Below, in pieces: positions 55,049-64,000 of a stretch of DNA of 64,000 nt. A model generated the notes under the pieces. That model did not search any database. It was given only the letters and a program-made list of their open reading frames with translations, and was not told where the DNA came from. Both the position numbers and the translations under genes were made by a program. The stretch is from an uncultured Clostridia bacterium (GTDB lineage: Bacteria; Bacillota; Clostridia; TANB77; CAG-508): NCBI GenBank assembly GCA_934167835.1, contig CAKPLZ010000001.1, positions 138,005 through 202,004 on the forward strand, in the 5' to 3' direction. Every line of letters begins with the position of its first letter. The first letter of the stretch is position 1.

Positions 55049-58000
55049 TTATAAAACGAATTTTTTAATTAAAACTATTCCTGAGCTAATTATAATCAAT
55101 GAAACTAGTCCAAGCCAAATGTAAGATGCTGTTCCACCTGTTTTAATTTCCAATATTACTAATGCTTTATCGTCATCATCTTCTTGTTGTTTATCGTAAT
55201 CTGTAATTTTTACGTTATCTGGAGTTGAATCTATGTCTTTTGAACCTTTATCGTTATAATCTTCACTAATTTCTGCAATGTTAGTTTTTAATCCCATGTT
55301 ATTTGTATTGTTTTTCCATGTAAATATAACTTCTACAGTTGCAGTTTCTCCTGGTTTTAACAATGTTTGTTCTAGTGCTCTTGTTGTTATTTTGTTATCT
55401 CCAGCTTTTGTCCATAATGGGTTATCTTCTTGAACAAATTCTAATCCTTCTGGGATGTAATCTGTTATTTCTGTTGCATATCCTTCAATCTCACCTTGAT
55501 TCATTATGATAATGTTATATGCAAATTTTACAACTGTTTTATCTAATTTTTTCTTATCTATAACAACTTTTGCGATTGGCTCTGGATCATCATAAGGTGT
55601 AAATCCTGTTTCTGTTGTTGTAGTTTTTCCATCTACTGTTACAATTGTTTTTGTTACCCATTTTAATAATGCTAAATCAAAATATTTTACGTATATTTTT
55701 TCAATATCTTGGTCATCTTCGCCTTCATTCCATTGATCTGGTATTGAATCTATATCATCTATATCAATTTCATTACCATTTTCATCTACTGCTTTATCTT
55801 TTGTAATTTGTGCTTTATTTATTATAATTCTATCATCTTGTGTTATCTTTCTTTCTACAACTTTGAATGCAACTTTTACTTCTGCATGACTTGGGTTTGT
55901 GTCGCTAATTTCTTGAGTTGGGTCAAAAGTATTTAATAATGTATTTTCTAGATATTTTGTTCTTATTTCAACAGCTTTACTTGAATCTGTTGTTTCATTT
56001 CCATCTTTGTCTAACATTACCCATTTGTAGTTTTTGTTTGTTTCATGTTCTGGTAAAAATTCTAGTCCGTCAGGAATATCGTCTGATATTTCTGTAGCAT
56101 ATCCTAAAGTTGTTCCTTCGTTGTATACTCTAATTGTATATGTAACTATATCACTGTTTGCAACATATACTGGTGTTTTGTCATGGATGTATTCAAGATT
56201 TCCGTCATCATTTAATTTTGGATTTGGTATTCTTGTTGTTACATCTTCGGCATTTACTTTTGTTATGAATTTACGTAAGCTTAAGTCAAAATATCTTAAT
56301 TTGATTTGTTCGTAGTCATCATCATCTTCTTGATATGTGCTATTTTCTGTTGGTGGATTGTAATTGTCTGTATCAACATTATCTGGTGTTGAATCTCTAT
56401 CGTTTGCTCCTATTTCTTTTCCTGCATCATCTACTGCTTTATCTTCAGCAATTTCAGCTATGTTTCTTAATATTCCTTTATATGTATTTTCAGCAAGTAC
56501 AACACATGTTATTTCTACATCTCTATAATATAGTCCATCTGTTCCTGATATTGATTTTTGCCACATATTGTTTGAGTCTATATCTTGGCTTGTTACATCC
56601 TTGTCATACGCTTTTATAAGTTCATCTTCTAATGCTGTTGATGTAATTTTTGCTTTTCCTGTTACAATTTTTACTTCACTTAAATTTTGCTTTGAATAAA
56701 AGTCGTCAGTTTTTAAGTTTTTTACAATGTTTTCATTTTTATATAGTCCATTTTCTCCTACTAAATCCATTGTTTTTGTATCACTATCTATTACTGGAAC
56801 CCAGAAGTTATCTGTGTTTGTTTTATAATCCATTAGGTATCCTAATCCTTCTGGAATATAATCAGCAATTTTTGTAGCATATCCATCAAGTTCGCCTTCA
56901 TTATAGATTCTGAAAGTGAATGTAACAATATCACCTTTCTTTACTGTTACTGGATCTTTTGGATGAGTATATATTGCAGTTTCATTTTTTTGTCCTGTTG
57001 TTTCATCTATTGAATTTAACTTACTTGTATCAACTGTTGGAATCCTATCTGTTATTGTTGTTCCATTTATTTTTGTTATAAATTTACGTAAGCTTAAATC
57101 AAATGGCACACCTTTTATTACTACTTTTTCAAAATCGTCATCATCTTCTTGGCCTTCGTAGAAATAATCTTTATCTCCTAGATATGGCTTGTTGCTATCT
57201 TTTCCTTTATAGTCTTCTAGGTTGGTTGGAACTTGAAGATTATCGTTTTGTGAGTCTCTGTCTTGCATATTTGCATCTTCTGTATTTGCTGGTTCATATT
57301 TCATTGTTGCTATATTTGTTAGTATTTTATCAGCAGTACCTTTTGTTGCTGTAACTTTGCAAACTATTTCAATAGAATCAAAGTCTAAAACTTCTCCATC
57401 AAAACTATTTAATCTAAATAGGTAGCTTTTTTCTAGTGGGTATATATGTAAAGCTCTTGTTTCAGCATCAAATTGATATTTGTATTCTTTACCTACCAAT
57501 TCTTCGGCGGTATAAATTTCTTTTTGTTCAATAAATTTTGGATTGTTTTCTGCGTTGAATTCTAATCCTTCAGGTAGGTAATCTATAATTTCTGTTACCA
57601 AACCGTCAACTTCACCTTCATTATATGCTGAAATCATGTATGTTACCCTGTCCCCTGTTTTTACTTCTACTGGATCTTTTCTGTGTTTATAATCAGCTGT
57701 TGATTTATTGGCTAATTTAGTTATATCAATATTTGGTTCTCTATTTGCGTTAACATCTGTTCCATTTACTTTTGTAATATATTTTCTAAGTGCTAAGTCG
57801 AATGATTTGATTTTTTTATTAACAACTTTAATTGTTATAACATTATTTATCACTTCAAAAGTTACACCATCTATTACTATTGTATCTCCTGTTGAATTAA
57901 TGAAATTAACTTTATCAATAATATATCTTGTTCCTTCACTATTTAACTTTGTTGTTATTTTTATTTTAATTGCTCCATTTATTCCTATATATCCACTTGG

Positions 58001-59365
58001 TGATGAAATTTCTTCTATTTCATAGATAAATTCTTGGCCTTCATAAGTAATTGGTATAGCTGGGCAATTAAAAGTTCCGTCTCCATTGTTTGTTATAGTA
58101 ATTACTTTTCTATCTTCTGTAATCATTGTAAATTCAGCACCAAATAATAGATTTCCTTTTTCATCTCTTTTTTCTAATACTACATTAAAGTCTCCTTCTA
58201 TTACTGGTTCTTTTTCAATTTTAACAACTGGTTGTTCATCATTTCCAGCGAGCCATAATGTTGCTTTTGTATTATAAATTTCTTCATAAGTACATTCTGC
58301 ATATATGTTTGCATCATTTAAATCATATTCTGATGATAACCTATTTGAAATTTTTATATAAAAGTTTCCTTGCCCTATTGTCTCTTCTAGTGATCCAAAA
58401 TCCTGTGTCATGTTTTCTGGTGCTTTAACCAAATAGATAATTGGAGTGCTATCAACTTTTTCTGGTATAATTTTGCCTTGATTATCTGTTACTGTAAATT
58501 TAACATCATAATCTACATTTCCATCAGTTTTGCTTATATTAAATGGTCCTATAACGGAAAAATTATTATTTGTAGTTTTTGTTTTTGAAATACTTGTTAC
58601 TTTTATTTCTGGTTTTTTATATGTTATATTTCTTCCATCTCCTGTTCCATAATCTAGAACATGTGCTTTTGCGCCATTTATAAAGTATTTATATAAAGTA
58701 TCAATTTGATTTGCTTTAGTTTCACTTAGAGATTCTCCATCAATTTTTGTTGTGTTACTTAATACATAAGTATCTAAAAGTGATAATGATGATTGTCCTC
58801 CATTTTCATCATAGTTTGAAAAATACCATAGTGCCATTTGTTGTACAAATTCTATATCATCATCTGTTAATTCAGAATTAACAATTTGTGCTTTTTTAAT
58901 TAATCTTTCTTTCATTTTGGCATTGTCAGCATGTTCTGGTAAATACATATTGTCTATTATCCATAACATTGCATTATATTCAGTATTTGAAATGTTGTAT
59001 CCAATTGTATTTCTGAAATAATTCATAACATCTGTTGCGTTTGTTTTTAAATTAAAACTTTCTGTGTATGTTATATCAGCAACCTGAGTTATGTCTGATA
59101 TGCTAGCAGAGTTTCCAAATCCCAATCCACTTCTCAAGCAATATAAAGCATTGTTATAGTTGTAAGTTCCATTTAGTTTTTCTCTGATTTTAAATATTGT
59201 ATTAACATTACCATTTGGTGTTGTTACTGTATATGTTTTTTGAGTATATGGTCTTTTGTCAATAATATTTAAATTCATTGTGTTTGCTGCATAAACTTCG
59301 CTTCCTAAAATAATTGAAGCTATAATTAAAAACATAAAAATTAATGATACTTTAAATTTCTTCAT
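55049..59365 (-). CDS. Large cell-surface adhesin: putative thioester (TQXA-like) domain, DUF11/TIGR01451 repeat stalk, C-terminal sorting-signal-like segment
   Basis: Signal peptide. Cys in NALYCLRSG and a Q-x-A-x-W motif in EFVQQMALWYFSNYDENG. At least four repeats starting DL(S/A)LRK(F/Y/W)ITK(I/V)NG and containing ...GD.VT(F/Y)...YNEG...DYIPEGL.... ...LEIKTGG is followed by a hydrophobic stretch and KKFVL. Confidence 0.6.
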   Translation of the reverse strand: MKKFKVSLIFMFLIIASIILGSEVYAANTMNLNIIDKRPYTQKTYTVTTPNGNVNTIFKIREKLNGTYNYNNALYCLRSGLGFGNSASISDITQVADITYTESFNLKTNATDVMNYFRNTIGYNISNTEYNAMLWIIDNMYLPEHADNAKMKERLIKKAQIVNSELTDDDIEFVQQMALWYFSNYDENGGQSSLSLLDTYVLSNTTKIDGESLSETKANQIDTLYKYFINGAKAHVLDYGTGDGRNITYKKPEIKVTSISKTKTTNNNFSVIGPFNISKTDGNVDYDVKFTVTDNQGKIIPEKVDSTPIIYLVKAPENMTQDFGSLEETIGQGNFYIKISNRLSSEYDLNDANIYAECTYEEIYNTKATLWLAGNDEQPVVKIEKEPVIEGDFNVVLEKRDEKGNLLFGAEFTMITEDRKVITITNNGDGTFNCPAIPITYEGQEFIYEIEEISSPSGYIGINGAIKIKITTKLNSEGTRYIIDKVNFINSTGDTIVIDGVTFEVINNVITIKVVNKKIKSFDLALRKYITKVNGTDVNANREPNIDITKLANKSTADYKHRKDPVEVKTGDRVTYMISAYNEGEVDGLVTEIIDYLPEGLEFNAENNPKFIEQKEIYTAEELVGKEYKYQFDAETRALHIYPLEKSYLFRLNSFDGEVLDFDSIEIVCKVTATKGTADKILTNIATMKYEPANTEDANMQDRDSQNDNLQVPTNLEDYKGKDSNKPYLGDKDYFYEGQEDDDDFEKVVIKGVPFDLSLRKFITKINGTTITDRIPTVDTSKLNSIDETTGQKNETAIYTHPKDPVTVKKGDIVTFTFRIYNEGELDGYATKIADYIPEGLGYLMDYKTNTDNFWVPVIDSDTKTMDLVGENGLYKNENIVKNLKTDDFYSKQNLSEVKIVTGKAKITSTALEDELIKAYDKDVTSQDIDSNNMWQKSISGTDGLYYRDVEITCVVLAENTYKGILRNIAEIAEDKAVDDAGKEIGANDRDSTPDNVDTDNYNPPTENSTYQEDDDDYEQIKLRYFDLSLRKFITKVNAEDVTTRIPNPKLNDDGNLEYIHDKTPVYVANSDIVTYTIRVYNEGTTLGYATEISDDIPDGLEFLPEHETNKNYKWVMLDKDGNETTDSSKAVEIRTKYLENTLLNTFDPTQEISDTNPSHAEVKVAFKVVERKITQDDRIIINKAQITKDKAVDENGNEIDIDDIDSIPDQWNEGEDDQDIEKIYVKYFDLALLKWVTKTIVTVDGKTTTTETGFTPYDDPEPIAKVVIDKKKLDKTVVKFAYNIIIMNQGEIEGYATEITDYIPEGLEFVQEDNPLWTKAGDNKITTRALEQTLLKPGETATVEVIFTWKNNTNNMGLKTNIAEISEDYNDKGSKDIDSTPDNVKITDYDKQQEDDDDKALVILEIKTGGTASYIWLGLVSLIIISSGIVLIKKFVL

Positions 59366-59697
59366 AATTCTCTCCTTTTATTTTCTTATTATTATATATT
59401 TTAATAATGAAATGTCAAGCAATTAGATTTTGGTTTTTCCTTTTTCTAATCGTCCTTTTCTTAGGGCTTATGAGTTTTGTAATGATTTTGATTTAAAATA
59501 TTACAATTATTATACATTTTAACAAATTTTAATAGATTTTCTGTTTTTCTTGATTTCCGTAGTAAAATTTGTATATATGTTTTTTTCATCTCTTTTAGTT
59601 CTAAAACACCTCTTGACCCTTTAATTATACTACAAATAGCAGTTTTTTTCAACCAAAACTCGCCAAAAAGGTTTTTCAATTTTTTTTAGTTTTTCTA

Positions 59698-59726
59698 TTG
59701 ACATTTATCATTTATTTTGGTATCAT
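59698..59726 (+). promoter_or_regulatory. Promoter TTGACA-17-TATCAT for the tRNA cluster
   Basis: TTGACA at 59698-59703 and tatcat at 59721-59726, 27 nt before tRNA-Gly. Confidence 0.5.
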
Positions 59727-59753
59727 ATTAATGTTTCAAATATGAAACGTGAT

Positions 59754-59829
59754 GCGGAAGTAGCTCAGTTGATAGAGCGATGCCTTGCCAAGGCATAGGT
59801 CGCGGGTTTGAGCCCCGTCTTCCGCTCCA
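59754..59829 (+). tRNA. tRNA-Gly (GCC)
   Basis: Cloverleaf with anticodon loop cuUGCCAa, encoded CCA, high similarity to Firmicutes tRNA-Gly. Confidence 0.85.
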
Positions 59830-59889
59830 AAATTTTTTTATATGTAATTAATCATCTTTTTACTTTGGTTTGCATATAATAAAGTATAA

Positions 59890-59964
59890 GGCGACATAGC
59901 CAAGTGGTAAGGCACGAGTCTGCAAAACTCTGATTCCCCGGTTCAAATCCGGGTGTCGCCTCCA
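59890..59964 (+). tRNA. tRNA-Cys (GCA)
   Basis: ggcgacatagccaagtggtaaggc...ctGCAaa...ggttcaaatccgggtgtcgcctcca. Confidence 0.85.
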
Positions 59965-59989
59965 ATTTTTTTAAATTTTAAATGGACAT

Positions 59990-60065
59990 GCACCATTAGC
60001 TTAGTTGGTAGAGCAGGGCACTCTTAATGCCAAGGTCCACGGTTCAAATCCGTGATGGTGCACCA
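59990..60065 (+). tRNA. tRNA-Lys (CTT)
   Basis: Acceptor stem gcaccat/atggtgc, anticodon loop ctCTTaa, T-arm ggttcaaatcc, CCA end. Confidence 0.8.
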
Positions 60066-60068
60066 AAT

Positions 60069-60099
60069 AAAAAACGTCACAAATTTGTGACGTTTTTTT
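60069..60099. terminator. Bidirectional terminator after the tRNA cluster
   Basis: aaaacgtcac aaattt gtgacgtttt followed by T-runs on both strands. Confidence 0.75.
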
Positions 60100-60116
60100 G
60101 TAGCTTAGAACCACAT

Positions 60117-60524
60117 TTAGCAAGTATGCTTCCTTCTGTAGTACTGTAGCTTGTCTATACGGTCCTTTGCTTGGTAATATGGGCTACGATCAATTCTTCC
60201 CATTCTTTCGGATTCGATTTCAACTCGAATCTTGTCTCTTATGTCGTGTACTCTCTTGTACTCTTCAAGATACTCCGGGCTTTCTCTTATATCTTTCTCA
60301 AGCTTTAAGAAAAGCTCACTTTCCCTGCATCTTGGCACATATAGTGGTAAACCAAAAAGGTTTACGAACGAGGTGCTTACGATTTTTGTTATCGAAAGTA
60401 GCTCAACGTGCTTTAGACATTCGCCTTTCAAAACCTCATAAGGAATCGTTTGAGTCGCTCCTAAGCTATCAACCAATCCACTTTCCTGGAACCGAATAGA
60501 TCTTCTTGCTTTTTGGGATTGCAT
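60117..60524 (-). CDS. Hypothetical 135-aa charged protein in a ~40 % GC islet
   Basis: Strong RBS (aaaggagg, 8 nt before the ATG). Local GC is ~40-42 % against ~27 % for the flanks. No recognised family. Confidence 0.45.
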   Translation of the reverse strand: MQSQKARRSIRFQESGLVDSLGATQTIPYEVLKGECLKHVELLSITKIVSTSFVNLFGLPLYVPRCRESELFLKLEKDIRESPEYLEEYKRVHDIRDKIRVEIESERMGRIDRSPYYQAKDRIDKLQYYRRKHTC

Positions 60525-60584
60525 AAAAATAACCTCCTTTAAGGTATTATAATAATTATAGCACCTTTTTTACTCAACTTCAAA

Positions 60585-61172
60585 TTATTCAAAATCCTCT
60601 ATTCTCTGGCTCAACTCATTGTTGCCATACACTGTAATTCCCGAATTTAAATTTTCAATATCTATATCTGATAAATATTTAGTTTGTATTCCAGTTTCTT
60701 TTACGGTTTCTCGTATTTTACCATATTTATCCAATTTATATACAATTATTTGTCCTTCAACATTTTTCAAAACATAGTGTTCATCACAAAAATCATTTAC
60801 CTCTTTATATATAACTACTTCATTTTCAGTAAATTTTTGTATTTGCCACCCCATAAATTCAATTTGTAGTTCTGATTCACTTTTATTTATTAATTTATTG
60901 CTTATTTTTTCTTCCTCTTGTACAAGATGTTTGCAATCAGTATAATAAATTTTCTTTATAATTTTAGTTTTTGGTGTTGTTTTACTTTCAAATGAATTTG
61001 CTTGCTTTGTGTTGTTTACTTTCTTAATTTCTTCTTTTGGGTTCTTGGGCTCTTCATAAGCAATTTCCTTTTGAACATTATTTAATTTATACAAATATAA
61101 ACCTAAAACAAAACTTATAATCAGAGCTAAACCTAGAATTATTGCAATATATTTTTTCATTATTATCACCAT
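60585..61172 (-). CDS. Hypothetical membrane-anchored protein (195 aa)
   Basis: N-terminal TM helix (YIAIILGLALIISFVLGLYLY), globular C-terminus. Confidence 0.45.
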   Translation of the reverse strand: MVIIMKKYIAIILGLALIISFVLGLYLYKLNNVQKEIAYEEPKNPKEEIKKVNNTKQANSFESKTTPKTKIIKKIYYTDCKHLVQEEEKISNKLINKSESELQIEFMGWQIQKFTENEVVIYKEVNDFCDEHYVLKNVEGQIIVYKLDKYGKIRETVKETGIQTKYLSDIDIENLNSGITVYGNNELSQRIEDFE

Positions 61173-61209
61173 TTTTATATTAACCTAATATTACAAAATT
61201 ATACATTTT

Positions 61210-63496
61210 TTATTTTATTTTGGTTTTAACTTGAATTTTATTGTCATTTCTAACTTTTAGGGTAATTTCTCCTGATAAATCTGTTCTGTACACAATGCTA
61301 CCATAAGTTTCTAAAACTTTTACTGTTTCATCATTTGGATGACCGAATTTATTGTTTTTGCCAACTCCAATTAGTGAAATTTTGGGTGTAACTTTGCTAA
61401 TAAATTCCTGTGTTGAAGATGTTTTTGAACCATGATGTGCCACCTTTAAAACCGTTGCTTTTAATTCATTATTATTATATTTTGAAACTATTTTGTTTTC
61501 TGCAATTGCCTCAATATCGCCTGTAAACAGCATGGAAAAGTTTTTATATTCTAATTTTGCAAGTATTGAGTTGTTATTTAATGCATTTTCTTTAATAAAT
61601 GTATCTGTTGGCCATAATATTTTTATTTTTGTATGTTTATCAATATAAATCAGATTTCCTGCCTTAACTACTATTATATTTACCTTTTGAGCTTGTGCCA
61701 TTCTTATTGTTTTTTCAAATTCTTGGCTACTCATTGCTTGTTTACTTATTACCAAATTCTTCACCTGTAATTTTTCTATTATTTCACTTGCATTTTTAGA
61801 ATGATCTGAATCAAAATGTGATAACATCAAATAATCTATTTTAGCTATTTTTCTATCTAGTAAATATTTTACAACAACATTTTCTTGTTCTCCTGTATCT
61901 ATCATTATTGTCTTATGTGTAGGAGTTTTAATTAAAGTACAATCTCCGTTGGCCAACGTCAACTAGATGAATCGTAAGTGGAATCGGAATTATTCTTACG
62001 GCTATATTAATTACAACAATTATTACAAAAATTATACAGAGTTTTTTCATCTTTTTATTTTCAAAAAAGCAAAAAACCGCTATATAGTATCCGATTATAA
62101 ATATTACTCCTGGAGTAATTATACTGATACTTGAAAAAGGTAATTTAGATGTAATTTTCGCAATATTAATTAAAATTTTTACTATGAGTTTTAATAGCTT
62201 GCCCAGTATTATACCTGCCGGTTTATATAGAATTGCAATAAAAATATTAATATATCCAATTAGAATTATTGCTCCTGCAAGTGGTACTGCTGCAATATTA
62301 GCCAGCATAAAATATGGAGTTATTGTATTAAATTTCAAAATTGTTATTGGAAGAACCATAATCTGAGCAGATATGGTAATTGAAATTGCTATAGAAACTT
62401 TTTCATTAATGTATTTACTAAATATACTCTTTACCTTTTTATTTAAAAGAACTATGCCTATTGTTCCTAAATATGAAAGTTCAAGCCCTATATCGTTTAT
62501 AGCAAACGGATTGAAAATTAAAATAAGTATGAGTGAAATTGCTATTGAATTTAATGTATCTGATTTTCTATATATTACTTTTGCAAAAAGCATTATTATT
62601 CCCATAATTGATGCTCTTACAACTGAAGGCGTAAACCTTGTAACAAACATAAATAAAACTAAAATGATTATTGTAATTATGTATGATAATCTTTTTGAAG
62701 TTTTACTTTTATTTAAAATATATGTTATTCCTAGAACTATGTACGAAACATGTGTGCCAGATATTGCTAGTATATGTGAAATACTAGCTTTACTAAAGCT
62801 TTCAGTTATTTCCTCTGGTATATCACTTTTTTCTCCAATTAAAATTCCTGTGAGTAAGCTTCCTTCTTCATTTGGAAGGATTTGATGTGCTGTTTTTATT
62901 ATTTTATTTCTTATGCAATTACTAACCTTCAAAAAAACATTTATATTGCTTTTCTTTAAGCTCTGGATATTATCTACTTTAATTGAGCCATATATTCCTT
63001 TAGTTTTCAAATATTCCTTATAGTTAAATCCTTTATAATTTCTTGCTTCTTCTGGCTTACTATATTCTCCACAAACTTGAATATATTCTCCATATTGAAA
63101 TTTGGGATAATCCTTCTTTTTCACATACATAATAAACTTTTTGCCTTTAATTTTAACATTATATCCATAGTAATACTCTGTTTCTTTCGCTTCACTAATT
63201 ATTGTGGCATTTTCTTTTATTTTTTCTGGAATTTTTGTATAAGAATTTTCATATCTTAGATTTATTAAATTGAAATATAGATTTGAAATTATTGCTGATA
63301 TTAATAGTATTTGAATAATTTTTCTTCTTTTCATAAAAAAGAAATAAATTTGTTTTCTATTGTTTAGAAATTTTATTATCAAGATTATTAAAAAAATACT
63401 TGTTATGGCTATACTTACTTTGAAGTATAGCCCATACATTATCCCAGCTACCATTCCAATGGCTATAATAAGTGCTGGTCTTTTTATAATTATCAC
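61210..63496 (-). CDS. comEC: DNA internalization competence protein ComEC/Rec2; one apparent +1 frameshift
   Basis: Polytopic N-terminal competence domain, then ...HLVDVGQ/GDCTLIKTPTHKTIMIDTG... (metallo-beta-lactamase domain, HFDSDH). Extra base at ~61948; 762 codons. Confidence 0.8.
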
Positions 63497-63499
63497 CTT

Positions 63500-64000
63500 C
63501 TATTTTGTTGTTAAATTTTTGTAGATATATCCAACATATACAGTTTCATCAAGTCCTGTGTATGTTATTTTATACCAATCCTCTGTTTCTGCAGTTATTG
63601 TAAATGATGTGTCTCTTGTAAGTGTTGTCACGATTTCAGAACTTGTTGAAGCTTGTTTTCTAACATTTGCGTAATCCACTGCTACAAATCCCTTTTGATT
63701 GTCAACTGCACTTTCTCCATTTCCAGTATTATCTTTTGGTTCTGTTGCTGTTGGAGTTTCTGGTTCAGTAACAGTTGGAGTTGCTGGCTCTGGTGTAGTA
63801 GGTTCTGTGTTTTCAGGAGATTCTGGTTGTTCCGTTTCAGTTGGTTGTTTAGTCTCTCCTTTTATTTTAGATGTTCTAACCCATCCTTGGATATTTCCTG
63901 CTGTAACATAAGACCAATTAGTAATTTCTTTTTCAACTTTGAATTCCATATTAGAATCGATTTTTCCAATTACACTTGAAGACATAACAGGAATTATATG
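63500..64000 (-). CDS. SH3b-domain protein with a Pro/Thr/Glu linker (5' end probably beyond the window)
   Basis: Two SH3_3-like segments (...GWVRTSKIKG, ...WYKITYTGLDETVYVGYIYKNL). The frame stays open upstream of the Met at 63985 to the window end. Confidence 0.6.
   Translation of the reverse strand, partial: HIIPVMSSSVIGKIDSNMEFKVEKEITNWSYVTAGNIQGWVRTSKIKGETKQPTETEQPESPENTEPTTPEPATPTVTEPETPTATEPKDNTGNGESAVDNQKGFVAVDYANVRKQASTSSEIVTTLTRDTSFTITAETEDWYKITYTGLDETVYVGYIYKNLTTK

Noticed and set aside
59366-59460. WalR box upstream of the large adhesin gene (tgtaat-gattt-tgattt)
   Set aside because: The second half-site has two mismatches to TGTWAH. This is not comparable to the perfect boxes at 26087 and 44905.
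60117-60524. 135-aa ORF as an IS200/IS605 TnpA (HUH transposase)
   Set aside because: The size and the C-terminal Tyr position (SPYYQ) fit. But the putative HUH is H-V-E, not H-u-H, and no flanking hairpin ends are seen. Too weak to call.
60101-60540. GC-rich islet as RNase P RNA, tmRNA, SRP RNA or a group II intron domain
   Set aside because: There is no GGAAAGUCCGGGC (the nearest match is gaaagcccggag), no tmRNA 5' GGGG / 3' tRNA-like CCA end, and no domain V consensus. The minus strand reads as clean coding sequence with a strong RBS.

Overview
This 64-kb window is very AT-rich (about 27-28 % GC) and almost every gene is on the minus strand. Gene content points to a low-GC Firmicutes chromosome, most likely a sporulating Clostridia member. 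Supporting genes include polC, rpsF-ssb-rpsR, uppS-cdsA-site-2 protease, tgt, the ackA-pta pair, rnc, recG, recD2, tsaC, dprA, comM and comEC. The sporulation genes spoIIE, gpr and ytxC and a SpoIVFA/SpoIVFB-like M23-M50 pair are also present, plus gdpP and a tRNA Gly-Cys-Lys cluster.

The accessory content worth attention:
- A candidate phase-variable locus. A membrane-anchored protein gene has a strong promoter, a strong RBS and an ATG, but a (CT)14/(AG)14 dinucleotide tract sits in its 5' coding region and currently puts the start codon out of frame with the body. The gene lies between a full ORF6N-domain gene and an internally deleted second copy whose roughly 300-bp 3' ends are near-identical direct repeats.
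- Perfect WalR-type direct-repeat boxes (TGTWAH-N5-TGTWAH) abut the promoters of a 3D/G5 cell-wall protein gene and of a large Cys/His-rich surface protein gene.
- That surface protein carries an IPQTG sorting signal and is built from tandem 81-bp / 27-aa repeats.
- A 1438-aa putative thioester-domain (TED) adhesin with DUF11/TIGR01451 repeats.
- A 40 % GC islet carrying one ORF right next to the tRNA cluster.

A systematic anomaly must be considered when annotating. At 15 sites in 12 otherwise conserved minus-strand genes there is an extra C immediately before GG (on the plus strand, CC followed by an extra G). Removing that single base restores the full-length protein every time. This looks like a k-mer-specific sequencing or assembly artifact, not real pseudogenes. 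No CRISPR array, rRNA or recognisable riboswitch was seen.
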